From the NCBI GenBank assembly GCA_964423195.1, contig CAYRDY010000003.1, positions 1-54,312 of the forward strand: a DNA stretch of 54,312 nucleotides. Direction: 5' to 3'. The notes beneath the pieces are model-generated. The model did no database searches and was not told the DNA's origin. It worked only from the letters and a program-made list of their open reading frames with translations. Below, piece after piece: positions 47,041 to 54,312 of this stretch (positions are counted from its first letter, which is position 1; each line of letters opens with the position of its first letter). The position numbers and the translations under genes are program-made. Source of the stretch: an uncultured Catenibacillus sp. (GTDB lineage: Bacteria > Bacillota > Clostridia > Lachnospirales > Lachnospiraceae).

Positions 47041-47631
47041 TCATGTCGCAAAGATCGCCGCTAACTGCGTGCGCACATCCTCAAGCGTCGTGTTGTTTAT
47101 GATTATCCTGCGGCAATGCGCCCTGAACGTGTCATCGTCCAGCTGGCTTGCCATCACCGCATCGATCTTTTCATCCGAATAGTTTCTGGTCATCCGAAGC
47201 CGTTCCCGACGGATGGCGACATCCGTATAGACAAACCACAGCTCGTCGCAGACCGTCTCATATCCCGCCTCGATCAAAAGCGCCGCCTCGATCACGATAC
47301 ACGACGCCGTATCCGCCCGTTTCACGGACTCGATTTCCTTAAGAATCGCCGTCCGGACATAGGGATGCGTCTGCTCATTGAGGAGACGACGCTTGGCGTC
47401 GTCGTTAAATATCACGGCGGCCAGCGCGCCCCTGTCCAGTTCGCCGTCCGGGCCGATGACGGACGGCCCAAATGCGCGGACGATATTTTCAAAGCAGATC
47501 TGTCCCTTTTCGCTTAAATGCCTCGCAACCTCGTCCGCCATGATCACATGAGCGCCGAAATCATTTTGCAGAATCTTTAAAACTTCGGATTTCCCGCTGC
47601 CGGCACCGCCGGTGATACCGATGACTCTCAT
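47041..47631 (-). CDS. coaE: Dephospho-CoA kinase
   Basis: 196 aa with the P-loop GITGGAGSGKS, immediately downstream of polA. Confidence 0.9.
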   Translation of the reverse strand: MRVIGITGGAGSGKSEVLKILQNDFGAHVIMADEVARHLSEKGQICFENIVRAFGPSVIGPDGELDRGALAAVIFNDDAKRRLLNEQTHPYVRTAILKEIESVKRADTASCIVIEAALLIEAGYETVCDELWFVYTDVAIRRERLRMTRNYSDEKIDAVMASQLDDDTFRAHCRRIIINNTTLEDVRTQLAAIFAT

Positions 47632-47634
47632 CTC

Positions 47635-50265
47635 TTATTTCGCCTCATACCAGTTATTTCCGGTGTGAATGTCAATCTCCAGAGGAACGGCAAGCGCCGC
47701 AGCGCCCTGCATCTCTCTTTCGAGGATATCACGTACCCGGTCGACTTCATCAATCGATGTCTCAATCAGCAGCTCGTCATGAACCTGTAGAATCAGCCGC
47801 GATTTCATTTGTCCGGCTTTCAGCGCCCGCGAGACATTGATCATGGCAATCTTGATAATATCCGCCGCCGTCCCCTGAATCGGCGCATTCATGGCGATGC
47901 GCTCGCCGAAGGAGCGCTGCGTAAAATTGCTCGATTTCAACTCAGGAATCGGACGCCTGCGGCCAAACATGGTCACGGAATAGCCCTTCTCCCTGGCGCT
48001 GCTGACCGCGTTGTCAAGAAATGACTTGACCTTTGGATAAGTCTTAAAATATTGCTGAATGTAATTCTCCGCTTCTTTTCTGGTGATGCTTAGGTCCTGG
48101 CTCAGCCCGAATGAACTGATGCCGTAGACAATGCCGAAATTGACCGCCTTGGCGTTGCGCCGCAGCTGCGGCGTCACATCCTCCGGCGCCACATGAAACA
48201 CCTGGGAGGCCGTGCTTCGGTGAATATCCATATCCTCCTTATAGGCCTGAATCAGCGCGTCATCGCCGGACATATGGGCCAAAACCCTCAGCTCGATCTG
48301 CGAGTAGTCCGCGTCCATAAATATATAGGAACGCTCCGGCACAAATACCTTGCGGATCTGACGCCCAAGCTCCATTCGGATCGGAATATTCTGAAGATTC
48401 GGCTCGGTGCTGCTGATGCGTCCGGTGGCGGTGATCGTCTGGTTGAATTTCCCGTGGATGCGCCCGTCATCGCCGATATAGCCTTCCAGGCCGTCCGCGT
48501 AGGTCGATTTTAGCTTTGTCAGCTGCCGGTATTCGAGGATCATCGGGACGATTGGATCCTCGCTCCTCAATTTTTCCAGAACCTCGGCCGAGGTTGAGTA
48601 GCCGGTTTTCGTCTTCTTGCCGTATGGCAGGCGCAGTTTCTCAAAGAGAATCACGCCGAGCTGTTTTGGGGAGTTGATATTGAATTTCTCTCCGGCCCGC
48701 TCATAAATCTCATTTTCAACAACCGCGATTCGCTCCGTGAGGCTCTGCCCATAGGCCTGCAGGGCCTCGCGGTTTGCGCGGATGCCGAACCTTTCCATGT
48801 CACTCAGCACAAACACCAGCGGCAGTTCAATGCGCTCGTAGAGTTCAAGCATATCATCCCTGGCGAGCAGTTTTTTTATATTTTCATAGGCCAGCAGCGG
48901 CACCAGGGCCAGATAGCCGACATAATTTTTAAAATTTTCCGGCGACTCTGCCCTGCCCTGGGCCAGTGTCTTTTTTGCAAAGAGATCCGCCCGCGACGGC
49001 AGCGTCCGGCCCAGATAATCCCTGGCGATATCATCATAGGCATAGGTATCTTTGAGGGGATTTAGCAGGTAAGCAGCCAGACCGATGTCAAACACGCGGC
49101 TGCCCTCAGTGATGCCCGCGGCCGCCACATGCGGCTTCAGATCCATAAATATGCCCAATGTGTGAGAGACGAGTCGTCGCAGCTGATCAGACAAAAGATC
49201 TCTGGTCAAGGCACCGCTCTCCTCAATAAAATAAATCTCTGTCCCGGACAGCGCCAGACTTAAACCCGCGGCGCCGTCATCTGTCACATAGGCGATGCCG
49301 ACGCGCTCGGACGCGGCCGCGCGCGAGAAAATATCAAGCGCTTTATCTCTGTTCGATAGACACACGACATGTGAGGCCACACTGGCCTCCGCATCTGTGT
49401 CAATATCAAAACGGCTGAGAATATTTTTAAACTCAAGGCGCTTGAAGATTTTGTAGGCGTCCTCATTATAGATATCGCCGAGCCTCGCCTGTTCCGGATC
49501 GAGTACAAAGCCGCAGTCCGTACATATGGTGGCCAGCTTCTTGCTCAACTGTGCCTGATCATAGTATTGCCTGAGATTCTCAGAGGCTTTTTTCGGCTTG
49601 ATGGCATCGACATGGGCAAACGCGTTCTCAATCGAGTGATAGTCGGCGATGATCCTGGCCGCTGTCTTCTCACCGATTCCCGGCACGCCGGGGATATTAT
49701 CCGAGGTATCTCCCATCAGCGCCTTCATGTCAATAAACTCTGTCGGCGTCACCTGATACCTGGCCTTCACATCCGCCGCAAAATAATCCTCCACTTCCGT
49801 GCCCGTCATCTTTGTCTTCGGAATCCGGATCCGGATATGGTCGGTCGCCAGCTGCAACAGATCACGGTCGCCGGAGATCACCGACACCTCGAAGCCGCTT
49901 CGCTCACACTGCCCTGCCACGGTGCCCAAAATATCGTCCGCCTCAAAGCCCGCCATCTCCATGATGGGAATGCCCATGGCCGTCAATACGTCCTTCATCA
50001 GGGGCACCTGCGCGTGCAGCTCCTCAGGCATGGCCTTTCGCGTGCCCTTGTATGCGTCATACATCTTATGGCGGAATGTCGGCGCGTGGACATCAAACGC
50101 GACCGCCAGATAGCCGGCCTGCTCCTCGTCCAGCACCTTAAACATGATATTTAAAAAGCCATAGACGGCATTCGTATGCAGGCCCTCGGAATTGGTCAGA
50201 TCAGGCACGCCGTAAAAAGCCCTGTTTAAAATGCTGTGCCCGTCAATCAGTACGATCTTCTTCAT
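47635..50265 (-). CDS. polA: DNA polymerase I
   Basis: 5'-nuclease N-terminus MKKIVLIDGHSILNRAF and polymerase motifs DYSQIELR and QVHDEL. The ATG at 50265 is preferred over the ORF-track start at 50373. Confidence 0.95.
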   Translation of the reverse strand: MKKIVLIDGHSILNRAFYGVPDLTNSEGLHTNAVYGFLNIMFKVLDEEQAGYLAVAFDVHAPTFRHKMYDAYKGTRKAMPEELHAQVPLMKDVLTAMGIPIMEMAGFEADDILGTVAGQCERSGFEVSVISGDRDLLQLATDHIRIRIPKTKMTGTEVEDYFAADVKARYQVTPTEFIDMKALMGDTSDNIPGVPGIGEKTAARIIADYHSIENAFAHVDAIKPKKASENLRQYYDQAQLSKKLATICTDCGFVLDPEQARLGDIYNEDAYKIFKRLEFKNILSRFDIDTDAEASVASHVVCLSNRDKALDIFSRAAASERVGIAYVTDDGAAGLSLALSGTEIYFIEESGALTRDLLSDQLRRLVSHTLGIFMDLKPHVAAAGITEGSRVFDIGLAAYLLNPLKDTYAYDDIARDYLGRTLPSRADLFAKKTLAQGRAESPENFKNYVGYLALVPLLAYENIKKLLARDDMLELYERIELPLVFVLSDMERFGIRANREALQAYGQSLTERIAVVENEIYERAGEKFNINSPKQLGVILFEKLRLPYGKKTKTGYSTSAEVLEKLRSEDPIVPMILEYRQLTKLKSTYADGLEGYIGDDGRIHGKFNQTITATGRISSTEPNLQNIPIRMELGRQIRKVFVPERSYIFMDADYSQIELRVLAHMSGDDALIQAYKEDMDIHRSTASQVFHVAPEDVTPQLRRNAKAVNFGIVYGISSFGLSQDLSITRKEAENYIQQYFKTYPKVKSFLDNAVSSAREKGYSVTMFGRRRPIPELKSSNFTQRSFGERIAMNAPIQGTAADIIKIAMINVSRALKAGQMKSRLILQVHDELLIETSIDEVDRVRDILEREMQGAAALAVPLEIDIHTGNNWYEAK

Positions 50266-50788
50266 TGTCACGCTCACCGCCCTCCGGCTCAGTCTCAGGA
50301 ATCTCTGTGTTCCTGACAATCTCATAAAAGCCGGCCTGCTTCCAGGACTCTGAGACCATGGCCTGTTCAACACTTTTTTTGACCGGCTCGGCTTTTGTAT
50401 TGGTAAAGGTAGATTTCACAGTGTTGATCGTCTGCTGTAATATGGCATTGTCCGAGCGGTTCAGCCTGTAAATGCCGATGCCGACGATCACGAGAATGAC
50501 CGCCGAGAGAGCGACGATCATCCGGAATTTGACTTTTTTTGAATGCGCATGCGCGATATCGGCCTTCTGCGCCTCGATATAGCGCTTCAGTTCACCCTTA
50601 AAATCGGAAATATCGGGTGTATCCGCGTCGAGCTGTTTCAAGCCGGAGTAAACGATAAAATAGACCTCAAGCTCGTCATAGCAGCTGCTGCAGTGCTCAA
50701 TATGCTCCAGAAATGCTTCTTTTTGTTCGATCGAAAGTTTATCCTCAATAAACGGGACAATCATAGACTGGGCCTCACGGCAATCCAT
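50243..50788 (-). CDS. zf-HC2 (ZAS-type) anti-sigma-factor-like membrane protein
   Basis: H-x3-C-x2-C motif (HIEHCSSC) with one TM helix (MIVALSAVILVIVGIGIY). The 3' end overlaps the polA start by 23 nt. Confidence 0.7.
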   Translation of the reverse strand: MDCREAQSMIVPFIEDKLSIEQKEAFLEHIEHCSSCYDELEVYFIVYSGLKQLDADTPDISDFKGELKRYIEAQKADIAHAHSKKVKFRMIVALSAVILVIVGIGIYRLNRSDNAILQQTINTVKSTFTNTKAEPVKKSVEQAMVSESWKQAGFYEIVRNTEIPETEPEGGERDNEEDRTD

Positions 50789-50889
50789 CACAGCACCTCC
50801 AATACACAGCTGTGGTAATCATGATGCGTCGCCCGCGCGGGGCGTCGCAATGGACAAAGCTGTCCGCCATTCAACCATCTTCAATCTTC

Positions 50890-50918
50890 AATATATCATT
50901 TTTAATGAATCAGCGCAA
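50890..50918 (-). promoter_or_regulatory. Candidate promoter of the zf-HC2/polA/coaE transcription unit
   Basis: On the - strand: TTGCGC (50918-50913), 17-nt spacer ending in TGa, TATATT (50895-50890). Confidence 0.5.
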
Positions 50919-51001
50919 GCCGTTTTTGAGCCCGGAGTACAAACCTGACACCCTGGCGGAAGTCTCAAGTGAAGTTTCAGATTAAACTTCAACAAATCAT
51001 C

Positions 51002-51030
51002 TTGACAATTAAAATTTCCGATGTTATGAT
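51002..51030 (+). promoter_or_regulatory. Sigma-A promoter of tRNA-Leu
   Basis: TTGACA (51002-51007), 17-nt spacer ending in TGt, TATGAT (51025-51030), 13 nt before the tRNA 5' end. Confidence 0.7.
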
Positions 51031-51043
51031 AATAAATACGCAA

Positions 51044-51126
51044 GCCGGCGTGTCGGAATGGCAGACGAGGCAGACTCAAAATCTGTTGTGGGCAACCACG
51101 TGCGGGTTCAAGTCCCGCTGCCGGCA
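51044..51126 (+). tRNA. tRNA-Leu (anticodon CAA), long variable arm, no encoded CCA
   Basis: Acceptor stem GCCGGCG / TGCCGGC, D-loop GGAATGGCAGAC, anticodon loop CTCAAAA, T-arm GCGGG-TTCAAGT-CCCGC. Confidence 0.9.
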
Positions 51127-51133
51127 TTATTAA

Positions 51134-51180
51134 AACCGTCAAAACCCTTGTGAAATCAAGGGTTTGGCGGTTTTATTTTT
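51134..51180. terminator. Bidirectional rho-independent terminator (tRNA-Leu on +, zinc-ribbon gene on -)
   Basis: Long bulged stem (51134-51149 / 51158-51172) followed by TTTTATTTTT on +. On the - strand the hairpin is followed by TTTTAAT. Confidence 0.75.
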
Positions 51181-51190
51181 CTCGCATCCT

Positions 51191-51946
51191 TTACTCTTTC
51201 AGCCATTTTAGAAAGACCTCCGCGTCCAGCTGGCCCTGGCGCGCCAGAGTCAGATTCTCCCTGGCCTGCTTATACCAGGCCTCAAACTCCTCCCGCGTCA
51301 TGTTGGCCGCACGTTTTCTGGGCTTGGTCATGCGGGCATAATGCGCCTTGTAAGCGCGCGTATAGGCTTGGAGCAGCTCGTCGTTGCGGACATTTTTGGC
51401 AAATGTCTGGGCATAGCCGACCTGCGCGCAGGTCTTGTTGTCAGTGAATATCCTCTGACAGTAATCAATATTTCCCTTCTTCGGCACAAAAAAGCGATGA
51501 CAATTTTTGCAGACCTTGACAAAGAGATTGCGGCGCATCATCTCCAGCCATTCCAGATAGAGACAATCCTCAAGCTCTGACACCATGTACTCAACCACCA
51601 CGTGGTCATCCTCCCGGAGATACTTCATGCCGCAGACGCAGCGGTAGCTGGCAAAATAGGCGGGTGTATCCTCCGGCCGATCTTCCACTATCGCTTCAAA
51701 ATATGCCCTGTAGAGATCCTGATATTTTTTAATCCGGTCAAGCGGCCACTTCACCTTTTCCATCTGCGTCAAATAAGGGTGGATATTTAAATTTATATTA
51801 TCATCACTATCCTCATCTTCGACAAAATTGTAGTGAATGAAATCGAGCAGACAGCAGCCGATCCCCACAAACCGGCCGTGATTGAAACTCACCGTGTCAT
51901 TATCAAGATGAAACTGTATATACATGTATATCTTTTTCTCCGGCAT
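51191..51946 (-). CDS. Hypothetical zinc-ribbon protein (resembles the DUF6076 family)
   Basis: 251 aa with Cys pairs CKNCHRFF..YCQ..KTC and a basic helical C-terminus. The family assignment is from memory and unverified. Confidence 0.6.
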   Translation of the reverse strand: MPEKKIYMYIQFHLDNDTVSFNHGRFVGIGCCLLDFIHYNFVEDEDSDDNINLNIHPYLTQMEKVKWPLDRIKKYQDLYRAYFEAIVEDRPEDTPAYFASYRCVCGMKYLREDDHVVVEYMVSELEDCLYLEWLEMMRRNLFVKVCKNCHRFFVPKKGNIDYCQRIFTDNKTCAQVGYAQTFAKNVRNDELLQAYTRAYKAHYARMTKPRKRAANMTREEFEAWYKQARENLTLARQGQLDAEVFLKWLKE

Positions 51947-52043
51947 CGTCCTTCTCCTCTTTCTATCAGTGTAGTGATAGATTTACTCCCTGATGTTACT
52001 ATATACAATTTTCTACATTTAGTCAACAATAATATAGACGATT

Positions 52044-52072
52044 TTCGAATAAAATGCTAAGATAGATTCGAA
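52044..52072 (+). promoter_or_regulatory. Inverted repeat TTCGAAT-N15-ATTCGAA bracketing an extended -10, a candidate LysR operator/promoter
   Basis: Perfect 7-bp arms (52044-52050 / 52066-52072). TGcTAAGAT lies at 52055-52063, about 36 nt upstream of the lysR-type ATG. Confidence 0.45.
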
Positions 52073-52098
52073 GAAATCATACGAGGGAGGATTTTTTG

Positions 52099-52992
52099 AT
52101 GACAACCGATCAGATCCACTATTTTCTCACCGTGGCCACATATCTCAATTTTACAGAGGCGTCAAAGAAATTGTTTGTGGCGCAGTCTTCTCTGAGCCGT
52201 AATATTGCCAATCTTGAAGAAGAATTAAATCTCAAATTGTTTGCCAGAAATAAGAAGAGTGTTCGCCTGACGCCGGCCGGCGTCGTTTTGTTTGAAGAAT
52301 TCACCAAGCTGGAAAATCATCTCCGCGAGGCGATCGCGAGCGCACGTCAGGCTGAGATCGGGGAGAACATGCATCTGTGTGTCGGTGTCATAGAGGCTCA
52401 GGTGTCCGAGCATTTCCTTCCCCCGGCGATCGCGCAGCTGACCTCCATCTACCCAAACATGGACATCAAGCTGATTCGCGGCAATTTTAAGACGCTCAGA
52501 GACGCATTGAAAAGCGGGCAGATCGATATCGCCATCACTCTGGATTTTGATATCCAGTCGTTTGAGGGTCAGAATATTCAGTATGAAAATCTCTACAGCG
52601 CCTCCGGTGAATGTCTGATCTCCAGACATCATCCGCTGGTGTACAAAGAGGACTTGAAGCTCACGGACTTAAGAGACGTGACGGCGATCGCCATCTCCCC
52701 CGATGTCTCTCTGGGCGGCTACAACCATCTGATCGATTTTTGCAGGCGTCACGGCTTCATGCCCAAAAACGTGCGCACGGCCGAATCGGTCGAGGACATC
52801 GTGCTCATGGTCGAATCCGGACTTGGCTTTACTGTCCTCGACGAAAACTGTCGATTGATCAGGAGCAGTGCGGTCTATTGTATTCATCCGAGCGACGACG
52901 TCGGGCTCACGGCCGTCGCCGTCTGGAACAAAAATAACTTCAATCCGGCTGTCTCACTGTTTGTCAATCATCTGACCGTCTGTCAAAAATAA
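52099..52992 (+). CDS. LysR-family transcriptional regulator
   Basis: N-terminal HTH (QIHYFLTVATYLNFTEASKKLFVAQSSLSRNIANLEEEL) with a substrate-binding C-terminal domain. The ATG at 52099 follows GGGAGG. Confidence 0.9.
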   Translation: MTTDQIHYFLTVATYLNFTEASKKLFVAQSSLSRNIANLEEELNLKLFARNKKSVRLTPAGVVLFEEFTKLENHLREAIASARQAEIGENMHLCVGVIEAQVSEHFLPPAIAQLTSIYPNMDIKLIRGNFKTLRDALKSGQIDIAITLDFDIQSFEGQNIQYENLYSASGECLISRHHPLVYKEDLKLTDLRDVTAIAISPDVSLGGYNHLIDFCRRHGFMPKNVRTAESVEDIVLMVESGLGFTVLDENCRLIRSSAVYCIHPSDDVGLTAVAVWNKNNFNPAVSLFVNHLTVCQK

Positions 52993-52994
52993 AC

Positions 52995-53021
52995 GTGGGC
53001 ACCGGTGAAACCGGTGCCCAC
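52995..53021. terminator. Bidirectional terminator hairpin between convergent genes
   Basis: Perfect 11-bp stem GTGGGCACCGG / CCGGTGCCCAC with a TGAAA loop. The flanks are A/T-rich but lack a long T-run. Confidence 0.65.
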
Positions 53022-53060
53022 AGAATAGGGTTGCAATTATAGCTCATTTACATTTTCACA

Positions 53061-53924
53061 TTATCTCATCGGGATATATCCGTGATAATTCTTCAGGTTG
53101 TTGCTCATCGTAAAGTCGGAGACGCAGCAGCAGATCACGTTGTGGTATGGCTTCAGGAACGGGAACTGATCCTGCTGAGCCCATGACGGTTTCGCGAGAT
53201 GCTTTGTCCCCTCCACAGCGACCTTGTACCAAGCGGACTGATTCGGGAACCACAGCTCAAGCACGTGATCCATCACACAGCCGTTGATCTCCTTCTTGAC
53301 TTTGCTCTCAAGGATACGCGTGCACTCCGGCGCATCCTTAAAGATCGGAATCACCTCATCGAAGAGCCATCTGTCGCCCTCCGCTTTGTCTACACCCTCC
53401 GGATAACCGATAGCCACATTCCAGCGATAGTTCGCGCCGTCCTCAATCGTCCTGCCTTTGCCCTTGATGTCATTCTCCCACCACATCGGAAGGAAGCAGA
53501 AAATGAACGGGTTGGCACCCTCGACCGCTGTCTGCCTTGCGTTATTTCCGATATCGCCATCCTGATCATCCGGCGCAGGGCCGTCATGCGGCTCAAGCAT
53601 GGATTTCGGGAGATTGCCTTGCCATACAAGCACTTCCGGAGGGAAAGTCTCTGCCAGTGCCTTGATACCGAGTCTCGGATCCAGATCGCTGACCAGCCAG
53701 TGATGCTCGGTGAGCTGCATGCTGCAATAGCCGAAGCGCTCGCCCTCCGGCGGTGTCGGGAATGCCGGATAGAAAGCGTACTTCGTCACGTATGGCTCAA
53801 ACTGGCTAATGCTCTCAGGAATATGAGTCTTGTAAAGCCATCTCGTCAAGTTTGGTCTGTAGTCCTCGTCCGCGCAGTTGACATAGATGAGGCTGCGCAT
53901 CGGTTCAAATTTGAAATCTGCCAT
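53061..53924 (-). CDS. Hypothetical Trp-rich soluble protein, family not recognised
   Basis: 287-aa ORF with a good SD (GGAGAGAGG) and balanced composition. The antisense 265-aa ORF is R/L-rich shadow sequence. Confidence 0.7.
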   Translation of the reverse strand: MADFKFEPMRSLIYVNCADEDYRPNLTRWLYKTHIPESISQFEPYVTKYAFYPAFPTPPEGERFGYCSMQLTEHHWLVSDLDPRLGIKALAETFPPEVLVWQGNLPKSMLEPHDGPAPDDQDGDIGNNARQTAVEGANPFIFCFLPMWWENDIKGKGRTIEDGANYRWNVAIGYPEGVDKAEGDRWLFDEVIPIFKDAPECTRILESKVKKEINGCVMDHVLELWFPNQSAWYKVAVEGTKHLAKPSWAQQDQFPFLKPYHNVICCCVSDFTMSNNLKNYHGYIPMR

Positions 53925-53989
53925 GTTGAATTACCTCTCTCCTCGATCGCACTGTCGTCAATGCTGATCGTTTATTTATTCATAATTCA

Positions 53990-54018
53990 ATTATAATCAA
54001 TCGACAGCTTTTTGTCTA
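53990..54018 (-). promoter_or_regulatory. Candidate promoter of the 287-aa gene
   Basis: On the - strand: TAGACA (54018-54013), 17-nt spacer, TATAAT (53995-53990). Confidence 0.5.
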
Positions 54019-54213
54019 TTATCTATTTTGCATAATCAATCCATAAAACGTATGATCATTTTGTGGAAACGCACGGGAAACGCCGGGACACGCGCTGTCG
54101 GCTATTGGGCTTGACCCTGTCAGACTTCGGGTAAGATTTTCTCCCCAGAGATGCGCGCTGTCCGGCGAGAGATAAGAAATCGGCATACGCGCCATCTGGC
54201 ACAAAATTGGCAT

Positions 54214-54245
54214 AAAAAAAAGAGAACCCAAAATCAAAGGTTCTC
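54214..54245 (-). terminator. Rho-independent terminator after tRNA-Glu
   Basis: On the - strand a 7-bp stem GAGAACC / GGTTCTC is followed by TTTTTTTT (+ strand A-run 54214-54221). Confidence 0.7.
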
Positions 54246-54252
54246 ATAAAAA

Positions 54253-54312
54253 TAGCCTGTAGGGGAATCGAACCCCTGTTTCCGCCGTGAGAGGGCGGCG
54301 TCTTAACCGCTT
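54253..54312 (-). tRNA. tRNA-Glu (anticodon CTC), 5' end truncated by the window edge
   Basis: The reverse complement reads ..AAGCGGTTAAGACGCCGCCCTCTCACGGCGGAAACAGGGGTTCGATTCCCCTACAGGCTA. The anticodon loop is CTCTCAC and the T-arm is AGGGG-TTCGATT-CCCCT. Confidence 0.8.

Noticed and set aside
50888-51142. An 84-aa ORF on the - strand.
   Set aside because: It overlaps the tRNA-Leu gene and its promoter. It has no SD and a Pro/Leu/Gly-rich product.
53925-54213. A riboswitch or leader upstream of the 287-aa gene on the - strand.
   Set aside because: A good promoter (54018-53990) leaves only about 58 nt of 5' UTR. I compared the upstream 190 nt by eye with glycine, TPP, SAM, cobalamin, purine, ZTP, guanidine and c-di-GMP consensus cores and found no match.

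Overview
The window looks like a chromosomal segment of a Firmicute (Clostridia, possibly Lachnospiraceae-like). It has moderately high GC and is densely packed with housekeeping genes. All real genes from 1 to 32723 lie on the + strand. In order they are the sigA tail, trmK, a Nif3 homolog, a TGS-uridine-kinase-like gene and RNase P RNA. A 7-gene two-component/ABC-2/CPBP cluster follows, then recA, recX, rny, mutS, mutL, miaA, a YnbB-like gene, radC, mgsA and a D,D-carboxypeptidase. After that come a mini P-loop ATPase, a HlyD-like gene, yggS, sepF, ylmH, divIVA, aroB, lspA, rluD and a XerS-like recombinase. All real genes from 32790 to 50788 lie on the - strand: rsfS, yqeK, nadD, obg, rpmA, prp, rplU, a cmk-like gene, a PAP2 gene, rng, a DUF2344 gene and a radical SAM gene. 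They are followed by a DUF362 gene, pepD, a UPF0210 gene, an ACT-domain gene, an MBL-fold gene, coaE, polA and a zf-HC2 gene. The last 3.5 kb has mixed orientation: tRNA-Leu, a zinc-ribbon hypothetical, a LysR regulator, a Trp-rich hypothetical and a partial tRNA-Glu. Six observations stand out. (1) The convergent strand switch at about 32.75 kb sits next to a long Xer-type recombinase with a 13-6-13 palindrome upstream, which suggests a replication terminus with a single-recombinase dif module. (2) A translationally coupled cluster between rnpB and recA combines a response regulator, an intramembrane-sensing kinase, an 828-aa ectoprotein, an ABC-2 transporter and a CPBP protease. (3) recA carries an in-frame TAG at the conserved Lys codon of the N-terminal FGKGS motif. 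(4) A roughly 52-nt GC-hairpin element is present twice, in opposite orientations and about 90 percent identical, in two housekeeping intergenic regions. (5) The rplU promoter region is duplicated and carries phased A-tracts. (6) An AT-rich mini P-loop NTPase gene has its own promoter and terminator. No CRISPR array, prophage, transposase or rRNA was seen.
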